The position numbers and the translations under genes were made by a program. The notes under the pieces were generated by a model. The model was not told the DNA's origin and did not search any database. It was given only the letters and a program-made list of their open reading frames with translations. A DNA stretch of 63,638 bases, filler included. It is 6 parts of 6 records of this genome, joined end to end, with 100 filler letters (N's around TTAATTAATTAA, not from the genome) between each part and the next. Parts side by side here need not be neighbours in the genome. Positions count along the whole stretch, not along the records: positions 56,374 to 63,638 come from DRR378314_2281; 5 more parts are not named here. One strand, 5' to 3'. Positions within the stretch are counted from its first letter, which is position 1; every line of letters begins with the position of its first letter. Shown one piece after another: positions 56,403-63,638 of this stretch.

Positions 56403-59047
56403 GCACGACTTGTACTTGTGGCTTGCGAAGACACCGAATGGCCCTAGTGCCAAATTTCATGTGCTCAATGGTACGCCATCGGATCACTGCGGAGTTACAC
56501 CTGACGCTGAGGCTGATTCTTGTGAAATATATACATATATTCCTTTTCTGCTGAATGTTGATTCGAGGGAACCCATTTTCGATTTCAGTGGAACACTGCT
56601 TTTGTATTGAACGACGGCAAACAGCCGTCACGCTGCGTCTCCGAGCCGCGCGATGCTCTTGACCTTTCAAGGAGGAACACTACGCTTGCGTGTCCTTCCT
56701 GCTCCTGACTCGTGTGGTCCACTTTGGTCTTGGTATCGAAAAAACATAGACATTGTTTCCCGCGAGATTGCTCGGAGTTGGTCGCATCTCTGCCGCGCCC
56801 ATCGAAGGGCAGCTTCGTTGAACAGTTCCTCCTCGTTTCTCCCCCCCCGCGCGCTCTCCGTTTCTCTGCAGTTCATACGATGGCGGAAGTGCGCTTGACA
56901 GGGAACTGCCTCAAGGGATCCCGCTTTGTGCTTTCTTTTGATAAAACGTTCAACGAGCTCCCGCACGCAAAGTTGCTGAAAGAAATGTTTACACAAGTAC
57001 GTGACTCGGTTGATTGATTACGTGCCTGAGCACGTCGTAGGCTGCTGCTCGACGCCGAGCGCAGCAGGTAGCCGAAAGTCGTTTTTTTTCCGCTTCTTCT
57101 GCTCTGGCATTTGAATCTGTGCACTACGCACATGCGCGTGTCGTGATTGGAACGACGATGGCTATCTTATGCCGTATCAATCAGGCGGTCTACAAATCCT
57201 GTCTTGCCTTGGCGTTTCCTGAGAGGAGGATTGATGACGTTCACTTCGTTCCTTCCCTCGTTCCTTGCTCCCTTTGTCGCCGTGATATTGATCCATCTTG
57301 CGCTGTCAAGGGTTCCTTTATGCTTTGCTTTGCTACTTCGTCCCTATGTTCGGTCGTTTCTGTGGTGCGACCAACCATTCACCACCATCGGTTCTGGTGC
57401 GAGGACAATTTACAAGACCGGGCGGTACTTCCTGTTTCCCTCTGCACATGACCTACGCTTGCAGCAAGGAGCCCGGGAGATGCAGTGAGAGCGCAGCAAC
57501 TCGCAAGCTTTTCCAATAGTACCCGCTCGCTATTGTATCTCCTCATATCCTGCATTTCCGCGTACGACATGCTGCCTTCTTTGCTAGGCATTTGCCGTGC
57601 CGGAGAAACACAAGCACAGCAAACCGTTCATCGACCACGTTGTCACGCTGTCGGTCTGCGATGGAAAGATCTGGTTCCGCCATTACCAGGTACGACGGCG
57701 CGATGCGATGCCCTCTTTCTCGCTCGCTCTCCCCCGCAGCAAGCTGCTGCTGTAGCTAGGTGGTTTTCGTGAAATCAGGTTTCGAATCTTCTATGTCGCC
57801 CGCTTTACGCAAGTGCTGCAAAGTTGGCTGAGAATTGGAATCGAACTCCTGCGTGAGTCTAGGTGCGAAGGAAATGTGCTTGGGTGGAGCTGCTTCGCGC
57901 AACAGTAGGAGAACGCAATGGCTCGAAGAGAAGCCTCAGATACGAAATACGCACATTCCCGTGTCATTTCTCCGCGCATATCGGTCTTTCTGTATTTCTT
58001 CCGGTATGTCCATGATGTTGACACCGTGGCCATCGCTGGCGGTTGCGCGCAGGTTGTCGAGTGGAACAGCGAGAAGGAGGAGCCTGTTCTGGTCGAAATC
58101 GGGCCGCGCTTTGTGATGAATCTTGTCCGTATTTTCGCCGGATCATTGAGCGGAATGACGCTGTACGAAAATCCAGACTTCGTTTCCCCAGGTACGCCCG
58201 TTGAGTGTTACGCATTTCACCAATGTTGCGGTAGAAACGTGATGGAAATCTCTCGGATCGATTGAGCGGGAGGGTGCCGTTGGCCTGCGATGCACCTGTT
58301 TCCTCTCACCTGACGTGCTCTGTACACTGCCTTTGGTCCTTCCATTGTGCTCCTGTAGCTGCGATCATGCGCATGCAGCGCAAAAGAAAGGTGTGTTTGT
58401 CCTGAGAGCGTCTTTTTTGTGCTATGCATTTCCGCGCGTGCGTGCTTACAAAGGGGAGCATCACCCACGATTTGAACAGCTTCTTGGTAGTGTCAACAAG
58501 CGGAATCTATAGCGCACACGAGTGAACCAAGGGGATAGTCGGATGAGAGTGTGTGGGGAGCAAATGTTGGTGCAATAGTGAATTATTCGCGCAGCTTTAT
58601 CCGGTACTCTGTGCTGCCGTTGCCGTCGAGGAAACCAGGAGTCTTGCTCGTTGTATAAGATACATTTTTGCGTCTGCAGGTCTGCCATTTTCGCTCATGC
58701 AGGAGCGCGCGAGGATCATTTCCGCCGTGTGTGTAGACACGGTATTCAGTGATATATGGCAATACTGTGTCTGCTTTCAACCGATCTGTACGAAGCCAAG
58801 TATCATCAGCCGCCTACGTGGTAGCGGTCCGATCTGTTTGGCATCGGCTTCTGTTCATCTTCACTCGTTTCCCTGACTGCTCGTTTTATTTTCGCTGCCG
58901 GTTGGTCTACTCTCTTGGCTGCAGGCTACGCGCGTTGCTGACCGCTCAGGTGCAAAAACGCGCCGCAAGCTGTACGAAGCGCACCACCCGATGCCGAAAG
59001 ATCCGCTGGCAGATGTATTCGACTATGATTCGGACTCGGACGAGTAA
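56403..59047 (+). CDS. BRX1: Brix-domain ribosome biogenesis protein Brx1, spliced, 5' truncated
   Basis: Exons 56403-56470, 56872-56996, 57588-57689, 58053-58191, unresolved exon(s), 58925-59047: DLYLWLAKTPNGPSAKF, LTGNCLKGSR, KPFIDHV, IWFRHYQ, LVEIGPRF, LYENPDFVSP, DPLADVF. Confidence 0.93.
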
Positions 59048-59346
59048 GGTCTTGCCCCGCAAGTGCAAGCGAATGCTCCTCCCGCGGGATGTGCGAACCA
59101 CACAGAAAAAAAAATATATTTACACAACGCTTGTGATGCGATAAATGCCGAGGTATACATGTCGAGTATTGTTACTCCTCGATATGCGCGGCAGGCGGTC
59201 GTTGGGCTCCTTGCCGTCGCCCCGTATACCACGTGACAGGCGAGAGGTGAAGCGTCAGCACCCTCCCTCGAGCACCGCTTTGTTTATTATTATCACTATT
59301 AGTACCGAATAACCCAACACATTTCCAATCCGGCATTGCACATTCT

Positions 59347-62300
59347 TCAAGAACCATGTTTGCCGCTCTCAGAGAACCTCAGGTCGGCAGGATCTGCCGC
59401 TGGGCTGAGAAACCCTTTCTCTGAGGTCAGCTTGGACACAAGAAGAGAGCGAACGTTGGCCACGATGTCGCTCGGCGGAGCGCCATCTTCTAAGCCCAAC
59501 AGGTCGCGCAGTACTTTGACAAAGACCTTAAGCTCAGAGTGTTCCAAGTGCACCTGCAGACAGAAAACCAAATTCCAGAAGGTAAACGTAAGCGTATTGG
59601 GGTGTTCTTCGTGCGCGCGATAGCGAAATGCCCGGTGCTAAGGGCACGCGTGACTGGATATGGAGGAGCCACGTAGCGAGTTTAGGCGGCACGTTGTCCC
59701 TGCCAACCTGCAAGGATGCCGACGCGTCAACCTCGCCGCGGTAAGGCATAGCCACAGCGATAGGCAGGCGCGCGTGAAGACAATCCACGTTACCAACTCC
59801 CAGGTTGGACGTACTTTGTGAAGCACCGGGACAAGGCGCTCAACAGCCTCCACGTGAAACAGCCGCTGCAGAAGCTGCACGATGCGATTCACAGTTACGT
59901 CGGGGCGAGCGCGAATGTCGACGTCGCAGCTCCGCAGCGTGCTCGCAACAAAGCCTAGCGATTTCTCGTGCTCTACAAGCTCGCTTACTGCACGCAGAAT
60001 CGATTCTGTACTCCAGCGCGGTGGCACAAGAGTCTTGTCACGCGCGTTCAGTGTAGACTCGAGTCCTCGTCGTAGCGCCTTCCAAGACACGCTGCGCTTC
60101 TGCATGCGCCTCAGACGTCGCATGACGGACTCGAGCGACGCGCGGCCGCGACCAAACGCCTTGCCGCCCAGCCGTAGAGTCGACACTGCTGCAGCGGCGT
60201 CTTCACATGCGGCATACAGCCCGTCCTTTTCATTCCCACCAGTAGCGATCGCAGAAACCTCGCGTGCGAACTGGAAGTATTTTCGTGGTTCAAAAGCAAA
60301 TGGGAGAAGAAAGAAGAATCGATATGCACGTGCACCAATACGAAGTGAGAAATCGCGGGTTACGGAGGGGATACGCGCGCGCACCACTCTCTGTCCTACC
60401 ACGCGAAACTATTCTGCATGTGTACTACGGCACATCAATCCAATGGATACACGCGTCCATAAATACATTATATTTGTTTAGACTATATAGTGAGAATGTT
60501 CATCGAGTTCGTGAGCAAGGCGTTAGCAGCGAAGTAGTCCTCGCCATTCGGAGCGAGGGAACGGCGCGGAACCACCCTAGGTATCGACAAAAGACCCAAC
60601 AACAAGGACAATACCTTTTCAAGCCGAGGAACGCTTCCCAGTGCCTGTGACACTCGTTCAAGAGCAGGAATGATCAAGTCAAATGAGTGTACGCCGAGAA
60701 GGATGCGCGCACGGCGAAGAATATCGTGGTCTTTTGCAAAGATTTTCTGTTCATCGCTTGCGCGCTCGTTGTTGCGCAAACGCGCGTGCTCCCGGCGTCT
60801 GCTCGCTGGACGGTTCTTCCTTTGCGGACGTTGTCCTGGTCGATTTTGTTGCGAAAGCCCAGTTTCGTGACCGTTGCTAAGCTCACGTAGAATGGCGTCA
60901 AGCACCGAGCGGCGAGAACGGCTTCCTGGGTTGCATTGCGGATCCGCGCTTTGACAGTGGGCATCGGAGTCGTAGGACTCGCTGCTCCCTGCTGATGTGC
61001 TTTCCTCCGACGGCACGGGAAGGTGCTCAGCACTGAAAGGCGCAGAATTCGTTCCCCACAGTCTTGCACGTTTACCCCGCGCAGAAACAGAATAAGCATC
61101 GTATGTTACGTATGATAACGAGCGAAAGAATACTGCACGTACAGAACCAGAATGGTAAGACTCGGTGCGAGAACGGGCGCCAGCGCTGTGGTAGAAGAGC
61201 AGCACGAGTCTGGTGCGCTTGAGCGACTCAGGGACTTCCTTCACTTTGTTCTCCCTTCTCTCCGCAAGACAGAGACACGTCCAATCCGCCAATGACAATA
61301 CAACAACAAAATAGATCCACTTCTTTACAAGTAGTTCAGTACGACGAGAAAATAGGATGCAGCATACCCTGTGCTGATTTTCCTCCGCAGTTTCTGCAAT
61401 TCGCGCTCGCTTCGCTGGAGCTCGCGCTGAACGACAAAAGCTGCTCCGGGATCGGCGATCTGATGCTGCAGAAGCTGAGATTCGACTCGCTACCGTCAAC
61501 GTACGCCATTCAACACCAGAGCATAAAACATGTGCATATGTATGAGCATGCTGCTCTGACTTGTTCACAGATAAACATTGCATAGGGTACACGGTCATTG
61601 CGCGATGTGCTGCCGGTATTGCATGCTAAAGAGCAGCACAAAAGCACTCGAATCGAGCACTGCTTTCTAGCAAACAGTATTCTCCCCATCAAGGACCACT
61701 CTCTACACAGAGTTGGATCACGACAGGTCATGCGATTCTCTACACCCTCATTGACGATTACCAAGCGTTGAAGAAGTAGAAAATGTAAACAATTGGTCGA
61801 CGTTCACGACACTTCCGAAGTGACATTCACGTCATTGGCACGTGTAGTAGAAACGCGATCCGAGCAGAGCGCTGGGCAGATGCATCGGCGTACTGGACGG
61901 ACCTTCATGACGCGCCGAAGCTGCTCCAAAAGTCCACCATACCAATTCTTGATGAACCTTTCGAATTCAAATTTGTCGAGATCGGCTATGGAATTAGCGG
62001 CAAGAAAGTCGTATTCCGTCTCGGTCGTCGCGTCGGCAGTCGCTTCCTGGTCTGTACCAACAACAGCACCACGGACGATACGAGCGCGGCGGCGTCCGCA
62101 GATGGCTTCATACCAAACACCTTTCGTAATGTACCCACTTATCATCCGACAGATCAATTATAATAACGCAAAATTTCCTATTCTCACCACACCACAGGAC
62201 GTTCTACGGGTTCCATTCTCGCGCCATATAATATGATAGGGTGAGCATTGTGGATCCTGCACGCTCCCACAGCACTGCTTGGCTGCGCTGCAGTGCGGCG

Positions 62301-63638
62301 TTTCACGTGATTCCCACAGATGTCGCAACGTTCGCGCACAACTTACCTTTGCTTGTTTGTGAGTATCTCGTCTGTTGATTTTGACGTCGAGCTCTCTGCT
62401 GTGTCTCTATAGCAGCAAGGACACGGTCGCGGTCTTGTCGAGCAATTTCAAGCTGCGCAGCGATTGCTTCTCGTTGTTCGCGCTGGCGTGAACAGAAACG
62501 CATCCGTTCACACCAGGAGTCCCGCCGAAAGGCACCCGTAACGCACGAAAACAGCATTCCAAGAATGTTTGTAAGATGTTCGATCATTCAATATTTGACC
62601 CTGTGTCGAAGCAATACTTCTCACACCGACAATCCGAAGGATTTCTGCTCTACGCGCGCGTTGGCCCGAGCTCCGGACCGACGTAAAGGGCGAACAAGTT
62701 CGTATCGCCAGCCTCCCCCCAACGTTGCATGCAGAGCGACCTCTACCGCTTTCTGCACATATTGCCGCACAGAGATAAAATCCTGCCGGCTTCTCCTTGC
62801 TCAGGCGTTTCTTCTATGTGGCTTCGGCCAGCACTCGTTGCGGTCTTGGTAAATGCAGTGGAGAGCGCGATACGAGGTGCTACGAAGAAGCGGAGCTTCC
62901 CATGCTCTGCAGCGGCGCCGGTCGGCCAAGATACATGCCGATACTGGACACGCATTGCGCCTATACGAGAATTATGGCCAGTCCCATGATGATGTCAAAT
63001 GCAACATTGTAGCATACAAAAGTAAGGAGATATAAGCAAGCACACGCGTCTCACCATTTGCTGTAGTGCTGCTTCAGACTCTGCACGCTCCTTTGCATAT
63101 TGAGCGGTTGTCGTTTCTCCGGACTCGTGAAGTTTTACAAGCGCACCTACGCGTTTCCGCCCGCAGAAAGAGTAAGAGACCCGGCGTGTTTGCCTGTACC
63201 ATCAAGGACACTTTTCAACGCTACATTATAGCCAGCGCTTGTCGTGTAATAATCAGACAATTCACACGCTTCGTTGGAAACACAAGAGTACGAAGGTGGA
63301 ATCCCGGACGCAAGGTGCCTGTTCGCGGGCACTGCGCGCAGGACTCCCACGTCGCGGCCGTCCTCAGCGCCTCACCTTCGACTTCCTTTCTGTCTCGCCG
63401 CAGCAACTGGCAGTCAGCTTCAATTTCCTACACGATGCGCGCGCGATCATCAGCACCAACGACAGAGTGAATGGCAACAATGGTAGCATGACATCGACGC
63501 AGGAAGTCTTGGTGTGAATGGTCTCCGAAATCGCCTGCAGCGCATGGCAAGTCGATCCCTCCGGCTCGCGATCGAGCAAGAGCTTGTGCGGCCGTGACCA
63601 CTACCGACACGCGACAGCGCCATATCAAGAGGTTCCTT
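59347..63638 (-). CDS. Multi-exon coiled-coil protein, CEP70-like; 5' part unresolved or off-window
   Basis: Spliced C-terminus IVQLLQRLFHVEAVERLVPVLHK|VHLEHSELKVFVKVLRDLLGL and LLGVHSFDLIIPALERV recall CEP70; coiled-coil exons near 61370-61490, 62350-62490 and 63375-63430. Confidence 0.5.

Noticed and set aside
56374-63638. Ribosome-biogenesis gene near a centriolar gene in both eukaryotic contigs as a functional pattern
   Set aside because: Two instances in a gene-dense genome are consistent with chance

Overview
The window is not one locus. It is six contigs joined by identical 100-nt artificial spacers (44 N + TTAATTAATTAA + 44 N), so neighbourhood arguments hold only inside a contig. 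(1) 1-7492 is Rhodobacteraceae/Roseobacter-like: rpsF, YceI, orphan ABC parts, cytochrome b-YceI, fabD-fabG-acpP. (2) 7593-30578 is an intron-rich eukaryote whose genes the ORF track fragments; hand splicing gives pescadillo, a 15-exon bacterial-type ThDP enzyme head-to-head with an ALDH21/RL0313-like aldehyde dehydrogenase, Spc24 and a CEP78-like LRR gene. (3) 30679-37697 is Halomonas-like housekeeping DNA: yegS, pepN, yajQ, cobO, purA, end of hisZ. (4) 37798-50256 is high-GC and Alcanivorax-like: SRP RNA, dnaX-ybaB-recR, acyl-CoA dehydrogenase, lipase with its foldase, gpmA, rnd and others. (5) 50357-56273 is gammaproteobacterial accessory DNA: MerR with a metal permease, TetR with an MFS pump, an ATPase. 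(6) 56374-63638 looks like the same eukaryote: BRX1 and a CEP70-like gene. The best candidate for a new system is the eukaryotic, intron-containing, divergently transcribed pair that resembles a bacterial 2-oxoglutarate decarboxylase + succinic-semialdehyde dehydrogenase TCA bypass. Other highlights are a 9-nt microexon, a complete dnaX -1 frameshift cassette, CtrA boxes and textbook MerR and TetR promoters. Family and taxon assignments come from recalled motifs; no database search was run.
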